From a virus (taxonomy: Duplodnaviria > Caudoviricetes), in the IMG/VR virus record IMGVR_UViG_3300017913_000420, positions 1 to 29,489 of that record: 29,489 nucleotides of DNA. One strand, written 5' to 3'. The position numbers and the translations under genes were made by a program. Below, one piece after another: positions 1-10,197 of the stretch. The number at the start of each line of letters is the position of its first letter. The stretch's first letter is position 1. The notes beneath the pieces were generated by a model. It ran no database searches, had not been told where the DNA came from, and was given only the letters and a program-made list of their open reading frames with translations.

Positions 1-219
1 ATCAAAGCCTTCAGGAGCAGTGCTAGACTGAGATAACGTCCATGTCCCTGCTGTGCTAATCTTTGTCTCGTGTCTGTCAATGCCGTATGAAGAGCTTGTC
101 TTACCAGTAAAGCTTGTCCCACGTTGCGCAACAAGCATTGACCCATTGATGTTGAGCCGTCTCCGACCATGAACAGCCGTGTCAGCAACAGAAGCGTTTG
201 TTATTTTTGAAAGTGCCAT
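1..219 (-). CDS. Partial CDS (N-terminus; runs off the left edge), probable tail fibre / carbohydrate-binding virion protein
   Basis: Not in ORF track. ATG at 219 preceded by AGGAG. Translates MALSKITNASVADTAVHGRRRLNINGSMLVAQRGTSFTG...YGIDRH; the 'xxINGxMxVAQRGTS...DR' pattern is typical of aquatic phage tail proteins. Confidence 0.7.
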   Translation of the reverse strand, partial: MALSKITNASVADTAVHGRRRLNINGSMLVAQRGTSFTGKTSSSYGIDRHETKISTAGTWTLSQSSTAPEGFD

Positions 220-228
220 TGCTTACTC

Positions 229-993
229 CTATCCGTTAGTCGTATAAGTTAGAGTTACAGAAATATCCGCAGTGTCATCACCAAAGTCGCCTACTGTCTG
301 AGTGTAGTCGCTTGTATTATCCCTTACGTTTTCAAACCTGATGTAACTGTTCCCACTAAAAACCCTAGAAACACAGTATATAGTAGTGGAATGAGTATTC
401 ATTGACTGTGACCACAAAGTTCCAATAGCTTCAGCGTTTGGCTGATAAGGCAAGCCCCTGACATAAGCATTGTTATTACTCGTTAAACCTGTTCTATCAA
501 TATTATCCATTCTAAAATTAACATGAACTAAGCTTCCAACTTTTGTGTATTTCGCAGTTACAGCAGTCGTTGGGGACGCATTGCCGCCACTGGTCGCATC
601 AGCAAATACTGGTGTCCAAGTTCCTGCTTCATAGAAATCAGTCTTAGCTGTGGTTACAGCATCATCAGCAATCTTAGCAGAGGTTACAGCATTGTCTTTA
701 ATCTTGGCTGTGTCTACTGTCAGGTCAGGCGGCACTACAGTCTGGATAGCTTTGCCTTGAAACACCACATAGAAGTCGTCAGAGCTTTCCACATTGCCTG
801 TCATTGTCAAAGCTGTGCCTGACACTGTATAGGCTACTGAAGGCTCTTGTCGGACGTTATTTACAAAGACCTCAATCTCTTGCTCATTAGCAACAGCGTG
901 GTCTAGCGTGTAGCTTGCACCGCCATTGCCAGTGATTGTCTGCTTGTCTAAGCTAGTGTAGCTGTTAGATGTTTGATTACCAATGTAGCCCAT
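229..993 (-). CDS. Tail fibre / receptor-binding protein (254 aa)
   Basis: Modular: N-terminal MGYIGNQ...VFVNNVRQEP domain, AVTxAKIAD-type short repeats, C-terminal YEAGTWTP...YTKVGSLVHV beta domain. Lies in the tail cluster. Confidence 0.75.
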   Translation of the reverse strand: MGYIGNQTSNSYTSLDKQTITGNGGASYTLDHAVANEQEIEVFVNNVRQEPSVAYTVSGTALTMTGNVESSDDFYVVFQGKAIQTVVPPDLTVDTAKIKDNAVTSAKIADDAVTTAKTDFYEAGTWTPVFADATSGGNASPTTAVTAKYTKVGSLVHVNFRMDNIDRTGLTSNNNAYVRGLPYQPNAEAIGTLWSQSMNTHSTTIYCVSRVFSGNSYIRFENVRDNTSDYTQTVGDFGDDTADISVTLTYTTNG

Positions 994-1000
994 GTCTCAC

Positions 1001-1336
1001 CTATGTAGAGATTGCGTCAACAGCAGACACCCATACGTCAAGCGATGATGCTGTGTCTGACTTTGCATATAATCTGTCACCTGACTGCACAACAATCTTT
1101 GCACCGCCATCCATAACCTGTAACGCACCACCTGCCGCAATAGGCGCACCCTTTACTAAGTAGTGGTCGTTAGTGCCATCGTTAATATAAATGTCCACGT
1201 TAATCGCATTGTCTGTGATGTTGGTGCAGTGAATACCTACGAGTGTGTCGTAGCTGTCAAAGTTAGCACCATCAGGAATGTCTGCCGCTGTTGTGCCTAC
1301 TGCGTTTAATGTATAACGTCTAAAATTCTGTGCCAT
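1001..1336 (-). CDS. Small virion/tail structural protein (111 aa)
   Basis: RBS AGGAG, beta-rich, flanked by tail-fibre genes. Confidence 0.6.
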   Translation of the reverse strand: MAQNFRRYTLNAVGTTAADIPDGANFDSYDTLVGIHCTNITDNAINVDIYINDGTNDHYLVKGAPIAAGGALQVMDGGAKIVVQSGDRLYAKSDTASSLDVWVSAVDAIST

Positions 1337-1345
1337 CCTCTACTC

Positions 1346-2989
1346 CTATAATGCGATAGCCATAGCAATGGCGAAGCCGTTAGTAGCAAAGCCAGTTGTG
1401 TCTACGAAAGCGTCATTCCAAGCTGAACCATCGTAAACCTTCATTTTGTTATTAACAGTGTCAAAGTATAAGTCACCTGCTGTCAATGCGTCACCGTCAT
1501 TGTCAACTGTTGGGTCTGAAGACTTTGCGCCAAGGTATGTGTCGTCAAAATTATCAACATAAGATGCCGCTAGTTCTGCGTAATATTTAGCAGAGTATTC
1601 AGAACCATCTACAGTTGTATTTGTAGCATAAGATGCACCGCCACCCAAAGCCCATTGTTTAGCAGAGCCGCTGGTCTGACCTACTTGTGAGCCGATGGCG
1701 TATTCTTTTGCAGAGTATTCTGTGCCATCTACTGTAGAAGCAGTCTCAATAGCCCATTCTTTAGCCGCACCAGAACCTGCTGTGTCAGTAACGCCTGTAC
1801 CGCCAGTTGCCCACGCCTTAGATGAGTAGCCTTCCCCTGTGACTGCTTCCCCGTCAATCTTCTGCGCCCATGCTTCGGCTTCGTCTTCACTACTTTGTGC
1901 GTCAGTTGCTGATGAAGCAGCCGCTGTAGCCTGTGTTGTCGCTGTCGTAGCAGATGCAGCCGCATTTGTTGCGCTTGCCGCCGCTTCTGTAGCTTTCGTT
2001 GAGGCAGTTGTCGCTGATGTGGCGGCATTAGTTTCTGATGTGCCAGCGTTTGTCTCGGCAGTCTCGGCATTTGTTTCAGCGGTTTCAGCTGCTGTTTGCG
2101 CTGTTTCTGCCGCAGTCTGTGCAGATTCAGCAGATGCCTGTGCTGACTCTGCCGCTGTCTGGGCTGTCTCGGCAGCTACTTTTGCAGTCTCGGCACTTGT
2201 CGCGCTAGTAGATGCTTCAGATGCTTTTGTTGTAGCTGTTGATGCGCTAGTAGCCGCGTTAGTGGCAGACGTAGCCGCCTCTGCCGCTTTAGTCGTGGCG
2301 GTTGTAGATGCTGTTGCCGCTGAGTACGCATCTACCAGCAATGCCCAATAGGTTGTATTTGTTAGAAGTGTGCCTACTGGTGAGTCCTGCAATGCAATGT
2401 AAACATTGTCTAACTGTGCAGCTGTCGTTGACTTTACAATGTCACGCTCTTTATATGCAGCTGTAGTTGTCGTGCCATCTGTGCCACGGAACGAGCCAAT
2501 CTCTTGCGTAACGGCAAAGTCACCATCGCTGTCAAAGGCAAAGATTTTATTAGCGCGGTCTGATGCGCCAATCGTAAACTCTGTAGATGTAATGGTGTTT
2601 GTCTTAGAAACCTTAATAGAACGACCAAGCTCTTCTTCTAGCTCCTGCACCATAAAGGTCAGCTTGTCTAGCGCATCCTCGTGAGATTCAGCAGGGAACG
2701 GGTCATTAGGTGTGTAGTCAGTGTCCTGTGTGCGAGATGTCTCTCTAATTAGCACAACAGTTTGCGATGAAGTAGGCGCAGTTGTAAACGTAACATTGCC
2801 ACCGCCAGCATTACCAACGCCTGACACTGTGTAGTTCGTGCTTATAGTCTGAGTGGTTTCAGTGCCATCAGTTGCTCGTAGGATAACTGTTACGTCAGCC
2901 TCATCAAAGATTTTGAACGTATAGGCGAAGACAGTGGTTGAACCATCACCGCTATAACTATTTTTTGTTGTGGTGCTGCTAACAGTCAT
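1346..2989 (-). CDS. Tail fibre protein with T7-like N-terminal anchor and Ala/Thr/Ser/Glu coiled-coil shaft (547 aa)
   Basis: N-terminal YSGDGSTTVFAYTFKIF...HEDALDKLTFMVQE resembles podovirus tail-fibre attachment domains. Long heptad AETAQTA repeats. RBS AAGGAG. Confidence 0.85.
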   Translation of the reverse strand: MTVSSTTTKNSYSGDGSTTVFAYTFKIFDEADVTVILRATDGTETTQTISTNYTVSGVGNAGGGNVTFTTAPTSSQTVVLIRETSRTQDTDYTPNDPFPAESHEDALDKLTFMVQELEEELGRSIKVSKTNTITSTEFTIGASDRANKIFAFDSDGDFAVTQEIGSFRGTDGTTTTAAYKERDIVKSTTAAQLDNVYIALQDSPVGTLLTNTTYWALLVDAYSAATASTTATTKAAEAATSATNAATSASTATTKASEASTSATSAETAKVAAETAQTAAESAQASAESAQTAAETAQTAAETAETNAETAETNAGTSETNAATSATTASTKATEAAASATNAAASATTATTQATAAASSATDAQSSEDEAEAWAQKIDGEAVTGEGYSSKAWATGGTGVTDTAGSGAAKEWAIETASTVDGTEYSAKEYAIGSQVGQTSGSAKQWALGGGASYATNTTVDGSEYSAKYYAELAASYVDNFDDTYLGAKSSDPTVDNDGDALTAGDLYFDTVNNKMKVYDGSAWNDAFVDTTGFATNGFAIAMAIAL

Positions 2990-3036
2990 CTGTTACTCCT
3001 TGCTACTTCCTTTATACCCTTTTTTTGACTTCGTTT

Positions 3037-5547
3037 CTAGTCAAACGGCTTGAATGAATCTTGAGCTGGTGAGAGCCAATAATCTTGGTCATACTCCTTC
3101 ATGCGCTTTCTTTCCATGCGTCTAAGATAGCCTGGGTCGTGAGCTTCCATAAGCCCGTAATAAAACAGGTAGTTAATGGCTGACTCTGTGTAAAACAGGT
3201 TTTGTCCTGGTGTTATATTCTTAATGAATCTAAAGTAATCACCAGCATCTGCTTCCAATGTCGCTGACTTATGAGCTAACGCGGCAAAGTCTGAGAACGT
3301 ACCGATGCCAGGGCCAAGTAATGTTTGCTCAAACGAACGACCATATTTGCTGTATTCTTGGAACATGAAATCACCGAACAGGCCAAGCCCACCGCCACGC
3401 ACCATTGCGTCTGCAAATGTTCTTGGGTCTCTAGGGTCTCGTGGCTCTCTGCCTTTTGCTAAATCTTTAGCTGCGCCTGACACATAGCCAAGAGCTGTCA
3501 TCATTAGCATCATAGGCACTAACGAAGCTGCGCCACGCAACCCACCACCAGCTGAATAGTATTGCGGCAGGATTTGCTTTGTCATAACTGTCACAGGAAA
3601 CGCCTTAAACTGACCAGCCATGCGGATAAACTCGCCAAGCACTGTGCCTTTCTGTGTGCCAAACGTCATCAGAACGCGCTCTCTCTGGCCTGGTGTAACA
3701 ACGCCTTCATCCATAATGTCAACAGCCATCGTCTGTAACTTAGTTGCAAGACTGTCTCTAAACCTAGCTCTGTCTGTGTTGGTTATAGCCAGCTCGCCAG
3801 TCATCTTAGAAATAACAGGGTCAATCACGCTGTCTGGCAGTGTTTCAGCAGCCTCAGAGGTCATGTGCTTCACGCCTGTTGCTGGGTTCTCTAACTGACC
3901 AAACCGCAGAATATTCCATTCATCAGCTGTGATGTTGTAAAGCTCTAGGTTTCTCTTTGTGTTTGGCGGCAAGGTATCAAAGTCAATGTCTGAGTAGCGG
4001 CCTAAATCCATAGTGAAGGCGGCAAGCAGCCCCTTCTTGTGGCTTACAGTCCAGTGCTGAAGAGCGTTTACTTTAAAGTAAAGCTCTTGCATTTTAGCCA
4101 TAACCCCAGGCATACCATCCGTGTCACCCATGCGAGCAAAGATATTCCCATTAACAACTTCAGCGTATGTCCCAACCATTTTGCTTGCAAACTCACGCTC
4201 CGCTTTTGGCACAGAACCAAGGAAGTCAGTAAACGCTTTTACATAAGAGCCGAAGAAGCCCATGTCTGTTCTTCTGTTAAGAGTTGCAGCTTTAGCTACG
4301 ATGTCAGGGCCAGCTGACAAGACAGCACCACCTAGCTTAGACATAGATTCAAGGGCGCGAGCTGCAAAACCAATCTCTGCAAGCCTGATGTTTTGAGGAA
4401 TGTCGTGTAGGCCGTTTAGGTAGTCAAAGTTGTCTCTGATGCTTTTCAGCTTTGCAGAGCTTATTACCTCATTGTTCTTCAGTGCCTTTTGCTCCAGCCT
4501 TTCTATGACAGTATCTAAGACAGCTTTCGGGTTTGGGCCTAGCTCTTCCAGCAATGTTATTGTTCTTGCATCCCTCATCATGTTGACAACCATCTTGTCG
4601 TATAGGCTGCCTTCTGTATATTTGCTCGCGTATTCAAACGCGCTTTTGCCATCCTTGAAGTGAATGCTACGAGATTGGCTGATTTTCTTTGTTATGTTTG
4701 ATGTAGTTGGGCGTGTGCTAACTTCTTCGCCTGGCTTGTTTTTGTCCACAAGGTAATGCTTGCCAGTTGAGAAGCGAGAGAAAAGCTCTGCCACATACTC
4801 TGTTCTTTCTGCCTCATTCATGCCCTTGAATGTTTGCTCTTGGTCTATGAGTCTGAGGAAGTCTTCTGTCCATTTCGCCTGTTTTGCTCTAGCAATAAGC
4901 TTCATGTCGTGCGATTGAGTAATGATGTGGTCATCTCTTTTGCCAATGAACGCACCTGCCCTGTTGAGCCTTTCACGAACAGAGTCGTTTAGGTCGAAAA
5001 TAACCTTGTGCAGCTGCTTGGCTTGGTCTGACGCATCTATCTCAGCCAAGCTTTTGCCCTGCCCTAACTCATAGGCAATGAAGTAAATCTCCGCATCAAG
5101 CTCACCGCTTTGGAATATTTTGCGCAAGCTCTTGTCTTCAAGCTCGTCAATCTTCATGTCGAGATGCTTCATTAGCTGGTAGTTTGTGCCTCTCTGTTTT
5201 TCAGACAGGTTGTCCCTAGAGCCTAACTCCATCTTTGATTCGCCACGAAGAAATGCAAGCACAGCGTCTGCATCGTCACCATCATACGCCTCAACACGAG
5301 CCAATATGCGATTGACAGCTGTAACGCGAAGCATTGCTTCCAGCTTCATTTGACGCAAAGCTACTCGTTTTTTCTTTACGTTAAGCTGCGCCTCCAAAAC
5401 CATGTCTTTAAGCTCTGACTGAGTGTAAGTCCTCTTAATGTCATAAAGCTTCTCAAACTCCTTGATGGTTTCAGAGAGGTGTTGTTCTGGTAGATTTATG
5501 TTATTTTTTGCCGCTAAATCTATAAGCAAGCTTTCGCATTTAGACAT
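3037..5547 (-). CDS. Large internal virion (DNA ejection) protein, 836 aa
   Basis: Size, helical character, Gly/hydrophobic C-terminal segments (RGGGLGLFGDF) and position just upstream of tail fibres match podovirus ejection proteins. Confidence 0.65.
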   Translation of the reverse strand: MSKCESLLIDLAAKNNINLPEQHLSETIKEFEKLYDIKRTYTQSELKDMVLEAQLNVKKKRVALRQMKLEAMLRVTAVNRILARVEAYDGDDADAVLAFLRGESKMELGSRDNLSEKQRGTNYQLMKHLDMKIDELEDKSLRKIFQSGELDAEIYFIAYELGQGKSLAEIDASDQAKQLHKVIFDLNDSVRERLNRAGAFIGKRDDHIITQSHDMKLIARAKQAKWTEDFLRLIDQEQTFKGMNEAERTEYVAELFSRFSTGKHYLVDKNKPGEEVSTRPTTSNITKKISQSRSIHFKDGKSAFEYASKYTEGSLYDKMVVNMMRDARTITLLEELGPNPKAVLDTVIERLEQKALKNNEVISSAKLKSIRDNFDYLNGLHDIPQNIRLAEIGFAARALESMSKLGGAVLSAGPDIVAKAATLNRRTDMGFFGSYVKAFTDFLGSVPKAEREFASKMVGTYAEVVNGNIFARMGDTDGMPGVMAKMQELYFKVNALQHWTVSHKKGLLAAFTMDLGRYSDIDFDTLPPNTKRNLELYNITADEWNILRFGQLENPATGVKHMTSEAAETLPDSVIDPVISKMTGELAITNTDRARFRDSLATKLQTMAVDIMDEGVVTPGQRERVLMTFGTQKGTVLGEFIRMAGQFKAFPVTVMTKQILPQYYSAGGGLRGAASLVPMMLMMTALGYVSGAAKDLAKGREPRDPRDPRTFADAMVRGGGLGLFGDFMFQEYSKYGRSFEQTLLGPGIGTFSDFAALAHKSATLEADAGDYFRFIKNITPGQNLFYTESAINYLFYYGLMEAHDPGYLRRMERKRMKEYDQDYWLSPAQDSFKPFD

Positions 5548-5550
5548 TCT

Positions 5551-7305
5551 TTACCCCACAACGCACACCATGCCAGCTACGGCAGTGTCTTCAAACTTTT
5601 CGTATTCATCAATAACTTGGTCGATAGCTGTAACTTCTACAAGGTCTTCCTGGTTAATAGCATTGTTTGCAACAAGAGCCTGTATTTGCTTGTCCATCTT
5701 TTCGATGTCAGAGTCCAGCGCAACTATTTCGCTGTCATCATCCACAAGGCGTTGCTTATCAGCTCTTGCTAGTTTGCCAGAGCGTAAGTCCTCAAACATC
5801 TGCAAGCTAGACGCATCATCATAGATGTCCATATATGTAGTAGGGTCATCTGGGTCAGGGTCTAGTCTTTGAGATTGGATGTGCGCTTCAGCTTCTTCTT
5901 TTGTCATGCCAAAGGCGTCTGTCTGTTCCATCATGGCAAGCTCTTCTTCTGACAGAACATCTTGCCTTAAAGCAATCTCATCCAAAAGCTCTTCGTTAGT
6001 CATGCCCAGAGGGTCAATACCCAAACGCTCAGCCTCTGTTTCGATGTCAATGGCGGCATAGAACTCCTCTACGTCAGGGTCTGTAGAGCTGTGAATATTC
6101 CCAGCACCAATGTCATCTTCAAGCAGCTGTATGAGTTTGTAAGGGTTTACTTTGCCAAACTCAAAGCGTGAATTTTCCGCACCGAAGAACCCAGCTTCTT
6201 GCGCCTTTTCAGCCATTTCCTCAAGAGAGATGCCTGTTTTATTGTTCTTAACTGTAAAGCCAATGTTGTCTAGCCTTTGGTTGAGGTCTCCAATTTCACC
6301 TGTGCCACGAATGTTAGCGTTGATTTTGCCGTTCTCTTTAACAAACTGCGTAATTGTTTTTGGCTTTTTCTTTCTTTTAGCTGGCTGGATGATTGGCGGA
6401 TAGTCAGAAACCTTTGCCTTCTTAATTCTAGGCACAGCCATCATACGCTCGTAAGCAGCCATGTCTTTTATGTTAGCCTCTGCCTGTTCAGCTGGCCCAA
6501 TAACAGGGTCATGCTTTATAATAGGTTCATCTACATTAACAGTCTTACCTTCTAAAACTTGCGCTATTGCAACGCGCTCTGCTTGTATTTGTGTCTCTAG
6601 CCTGGCGTTTTTAATCTTGTCAGAGAACTTGCCACCAACACCAGTCAATACACCGCCAAAGATTGAACCAGCGGCAATGTTTACAAACGTGTCAAACAGA
6701 CCGTATTCAGGGTCTTGCAATACATCAGCAGAATACAATGCAAAAGGCTCTACAGCTACAGCACCAATAGCACCTTCACCAGCACCTGCTGTTACACGAC
6801 CTGCTGTAACGCCATACTTCTTTGTTACGCCCGACACAGCCTTTGCAGAGATAGCTCTTGCTGTTGCATTCGCGCCAATAGCTACAGGAGCGAGGACACC
6901 CATGCCGATATTTAGTGGGTCAAAGATGCTACCAGCCAAGCTTGAGCTGAAACGTAACGCGCCTGTTGTCAAATCTTGTGAAGCTCTGTCTAGCGTTTGA
7001 TTTCGTAGAAAGCGTCTGTCATAGGCTTCTGCTTGCGCTGCCGCAATGCTTACCTTAACACCAGAATCAGGCACAGTAATGCCTTCTCGAAAGTGTATGC
7101 TTTCTCTATACTCATCAGGCGTAAGTGTTTGTGTCTCAAATACAGACTCAATCTTTGTGCCGATTGTGTTTAGGGCATCAACACCAAACCTAGCTGCGCC
7201 AAAAAACTCTTCAGCGAGAACGTCACCAAGATTAGCAGGAACATTGTCTAAGTAGTTTCTTGAAGCGGCTGGTGATGTGTTTAGCTTTGGGTATTGGATA
7301 TCCAT
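5551..7305 (-). CDS. Internal virion (ejection) protein, 584 aa
   Basis: Gly/Ala-rich hydrophobic segments (GSIFDPLNIG; AGAGEGAIGAVAVEP) and acidic C-terminus. Located in the ejection-protein cluster. Confidence 0.6.
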   Translation of the reverse strand: MDIQYPKLNTSPAASRNYLDNVPANLGDVLAEEFFGAARFGVDALNTIGTKIESVFETQTLTPDEYRESIHFREGITVPDSGVKVSIAAAQAEAYDRRFLRNQTLDRASQDLTTGALRFSSSLAGSIFDPLNIGMGVLAPVAIGANATARAISAKAVSGVTKKYGVTAGRVTAGAGEGAIGAVAVEPFALYSADVLQDPEYGLFDTFVNIAAGSIFGGVLTGVGGKFSDKIKNARLETQIQAERVAIAQVLEGKTVNVDEPIIKHDPVIGPAEQAEANIKDMAAYERMMAVPRIKKAKVSDYPPIIQPAKRKKKPKTITQFVKENGKINANIRGTGEIGDLNQRLDNIGFTVKNNKTGISLEEMAEKAQEAGFFGAENSRFEFGKVNPYKLIQLLEDDIGAGNIHSSTDPDVEEFYAAIDIETEAERLGIDPLGMTNEELLDEIALRQDVLSEEELAMMEQTDAFGMTKEEAEAHIQSQRLDPDPDDPTTYMDIYDDASSLQMFEDLRSGKLARADKQRLVDDDSEIVALDSDIEKMDKQIQALVANNAINQEDLVEVTAIDQVIDEYEKFEDTAVAGMVCVVG

Positions 7306-7306
7306 G

Positions 7307-9733
7307 CTACATACCTATTCTTACCAAGAAATCTTGTCTTTGCTTATACTGTGATTCCAAACGTGTTAGCTTTGACTCTAGCACTTTAAGCTTTGCCTTG
7401 CCTTCTGCGCTACGTCTTTCTTTACCAAAGATGCTGCTAATTTGTCTGTTCAAAGATTGAATCTCTGAGTTAAGAGCCTTGAGAGATGCTCTACCTCTAC
7501 GCTGAACAATGGAAGAAGCGTCCATAAAACCAACGGATAGAGGCTCATACATTTCCATAGCATGAGGCGAGCTACTTCTAACAAGAACAGCACCGCCAGC
7601 TTTGTCAGTGATTAAAGCTGAGTTGTCACCATTCTGTGTTATAGCTCTGAAGTTTTCCTTCACCTCGCTAATGTAGGTTGCTTTCTGCGCGTCATACTCT
7701 GGTGTTCCGATTGCATAGTCTTTGCTTTCGAAAAAGATTTGGTCATCATCAAGAGACAATATAGAGAACTGCAAACCCTGCTTGACTGACTCTGACTGAG
7801 CTTCCATGCTCACAGGCATTCTTAAAGAACCGCCATTGATGTCCTTATAAGAGTAACGCTCTGTAAGAACAGACACGGCCTTTTTAATAAATGGCTCTAA
7901 TTCTGATGGCTCGATTGGGCCACTTAGAGGAATTTTACCTTGAGTAACAGCAAGATGCTGGGCTAGATTTGCAACCATCATAACGTGCTGTGTTGCAGTG
8001 TCTTCCATAGCTGGAGAATAAACACCTGCCGCCATGACCTCAAACTTAGTCATGCCAGCTACAACCTCACCGCCCATAGACCTGATGTGGCTAGACATTG
8101 TTGGGTCAGCTCTTACAGCACTAAGAACTTTAGCTCTGCCAGAGCTAGTAGGCTTCTCAGCACCAACCACCGCGCTAGATTGCGCTGAAGCTAAAAGCAA
8201 TGACGCCATAGGACTATTCGGTCTATTCGCAATAAATTGTAGAGTGGCATTGAAACCAGAGTTTACTAACTGCCTACCTACAGCTGTTCTTATGTCTGAG
8301 TTAGGAGACTGCAACATTGCAGCTGACAAACTAGCAATCTCTTGCGGTGTCTGCGCTTCAGCAATTTCTGACATGAAGTTTTCGACCTGTGCGTTTGTAA
8401 GCACTGTGATTTTGTTGTCAGCTACACCCATGCCTAACAACTTGTTGTAAATCTCTGACTGTGACGGGACTTTGCCTGTTAGCTGCCTAGTTTGTTCAAC
8501 AACATAATTTGCTGGGTCTGTAGCAATTGCTTCAGCTCTTTTCGCTATATACTCATTGGTTAGCTTTTGAGTAGCCAAGGCTAGGCCAATTTCAGGAGTG
8601 TTTATGGCTGAATTAACCATGTTCTGATTTGCGGCTTGCATGGCAGCTACTTGCTCGTCAGAAGCAAATATTAGCTTGTTTCTTTGAGCAACAAAGTTTG
8701 AGTTAGCATCAGCTGTTATTTGCAATTCAGAGGTGTCGAGACCTAAATCGTCCATGCCATCAATGGCTTGCTGTAAGCTTACGCTTGCTTCACCAGCTTC
8801 TTCAGCAGAGTCTGCAACACTTAAAGACAATGCCGCAGATTGGGCTTCCTGTTGCAATGCTGCGCCTTCTGTCTCTGTGCGAGCTTTAATAGCTCTGCTG
8901 ACCATGCCAGACAGTTGGTTTTGCTGTGCCTCTTCAAAGCCAGCATACACACCTTTAGAGTCTAAGATTTCTGCACGAACCAACTCAAGCTCGGCAACAG
9001 TGCGAGACTCATCTTCTACAATGTCTCCAACAGAACCCCTAACAATCTCAAACTCAAACTGCTCTGGCGTTAGGCTAATGCTTAAACCATTGCGAATCCC
9101 CTCTTCGTAGTCTTTACTGTATTTTCTAACGGCAGCTTCTGGGTTAATAGTGTTTGCTCTAACATCTTGCAGTAAAATCTGCGCTGAAGCATCAAAGTTT
9201 GTTGAACGCTCCTGAAGCTCTAGTGTCAGACCCTGCCTAAAAGATGACGCCCTGTATTGAGTTAGCGTTGAGTAAACATAGTCTTTTGCGCTTTTCTTTT
9301 GGTCAGAGTTGAAATCCTCAATAGCATCAATCTCTGCATACTTGTCTTGCTCTAGTTTCTCAAACGCTGTTCTGCGAGATTCTAGTGTGTTAAACCCAGA
9401 CTCAGGCGCATTAATAGTCATAACAGCATCAGACAAAGCTCTGTTCTGTAACAGCTTAAAGTCTTCTACTTTTGCGTTTCTCTGCGCCTCGGTAAACTCT
9501 GCTTCTATTTTTCTTTTTGCAGCAAGAGCTTGTTCTTCTGCTTTTTTGCGAGCTTTCTCGGCAGTCTTTTCTCTGATGAAGTCATCGGCTGCCATCTTAG
9601 CAACACTGCTCACTGTTGAGCCTAATCTTGCATAAGCGTCACCTAGTTGCGTAAAAGCACCTGTTGAAGCGTCCCGTGATAGGCGACCTACAGATGTGCC
9701 GACTTGTCTTTGATACATAGGAATCTTTGGCAT
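7307..9733 (-). CDS. Internal virion (ejection) protein, 808 aa
   Basis: MPKIPMY start, Ala/Gln-rich helical sequence, TAATG coupling to the upstream gene, cluster position. Confidence 0.6.
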   Translation of the reverse strand: MPKIPMYQRQVGTSVGRLSRDASTGAFTQLGDAYARLGSTVSSVAKMAADDFIREKTAEKARKKAEEQALAAKRKIEAEFTEAQRNAKVEDFKLLQNRALSDAVMTINAPESGFNTLESRRTAFEKLEQDKYAEIDAIEDFNSDQKKSAKDYVYSTLTQYRASSFRQGLTLELQERSTNFDASAQILLQDVRANTINPEAAVRKYSKDYEEGIRNGLSISLTPEQFEFEIVRGSVGDIVEDESRTVAELELVRAEILDSKGVYAGFEEAQQNQLSGMVSRAIKARTETEGAALQQEAQSAALSLSVADSAEEAGEASVSLQQAIDGMDDLGLDTSELQITADANSNFVAQRNKLIFASDEQVAAMQAANQNMVNSAINTPEIGLALATQKLTNEYIAKRAEAIATDPANYVVEQTRQLTGKVPSQSEIYNKLLGMGVADNKITVLTNAQVENFMSEIAEAQTPQEIASLSAAMLQSPNSDIRTAVGRQLVNSGFNATLQFIANRPNSPMASLLLASAQSSAVVGAEKPTSSGRAKVLSAVRADPTMSSHIRSMGGEVVAGMTKFEVMAAGVYSPAMEDTATQHVMMVANLAQHLAVTQGKIPLSGPIEPSELEPFIKKAVSVLTERYSYKDINGGSLRMPVSMEAQSESVKQGLQFSILSLDDDQIFFESKDYAIGTPEYDAQKATYISEVKENFRAITQNGDNSALITDKAGGAVLVRSSSPHAMEMYEPLSVGFMDASSIVQRRGRASLKALNSEIQSLNRQISSIFGKERRSAEGKAKLKVLESKLTRLESQYKQRQDFLVRIGM

Positions 9734-10197
9734 TATGTAATCGCCTTCATCTGTTTGTCTTGATAATACGCTTGAGAAACGCCACCAAGAACAGTGGCGT
9801 ATGCTTGCACTTGAGATGCTCTGTTGGTAATGCGACCCTCCAATTCTGTTAGCCCTGCTGTTGCCTCTGCTTCAGCTTGCTCGATTGTTGAAGCGTAACG
9901 AATGTTTGCGATGTCGCGCTCTGTATTTAGATAGGCATCAGCCATAGCCATGAATGGGCTACCAGACATTTGAACGCCAGACGCGGCTGTAGCAACTCTT
10001 TGAGAGCCAATGAGCTGACGTGACTGCATACGAGTCTGCTCTTCCAAGTCTCGCTTTTGACGAGCAAGTAGTATTGCTTCGTTTCTCTTAACTTCAGCAT
10101 TGTATTGAGCAACTTGTTCTGCTGCCTTACCAGCGGCACGTTGCCCCTTAAAGGACATTATTGAGCCTGCAACAGCTGCACCTGTAATCGGGTCCAT
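9733..10197 (-). CDS. Small internal virion protein (positionally T7 gp14-like), 154 aa
   Basis: MDPITGAAVAG start; Ala/Gln-rich; 'QRVATAASGV..SGS' pattern typical of the first ejection protein. Confidence 0.65.
   Translation of the reverse strand: MDPITGAAVAGSIMSFKGQRAAGKAAEQVAQYNAEVKRNEAILLARQKRDLEEQTRMQSRQLIGSQRVATAASGVQMSGSPFMAMADAYLNTERDIANIRYASTIEQAEAEATAGLTELEGRITNRASQVQAYATVLGGVSQAYYQDKQMKAIT

Noticed and set aside
1729-2684. Alternative-frame and antisense ORFs over the tail fibre (e.g. 1839-2351 +)
   Set aside because: Shadows of the Ala/Thr codon repeats; no RBS; fully nested in a well-supported gene.
1-2989. Diversity-generating retroelement, suggested by BPP-1-like gene order
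   Set aside because: No reverse transcriptase and no TR/VR pair with adenine-specific mismatches seen. The repeats are intragenic protein repeats. A DGR could lie outside the window.
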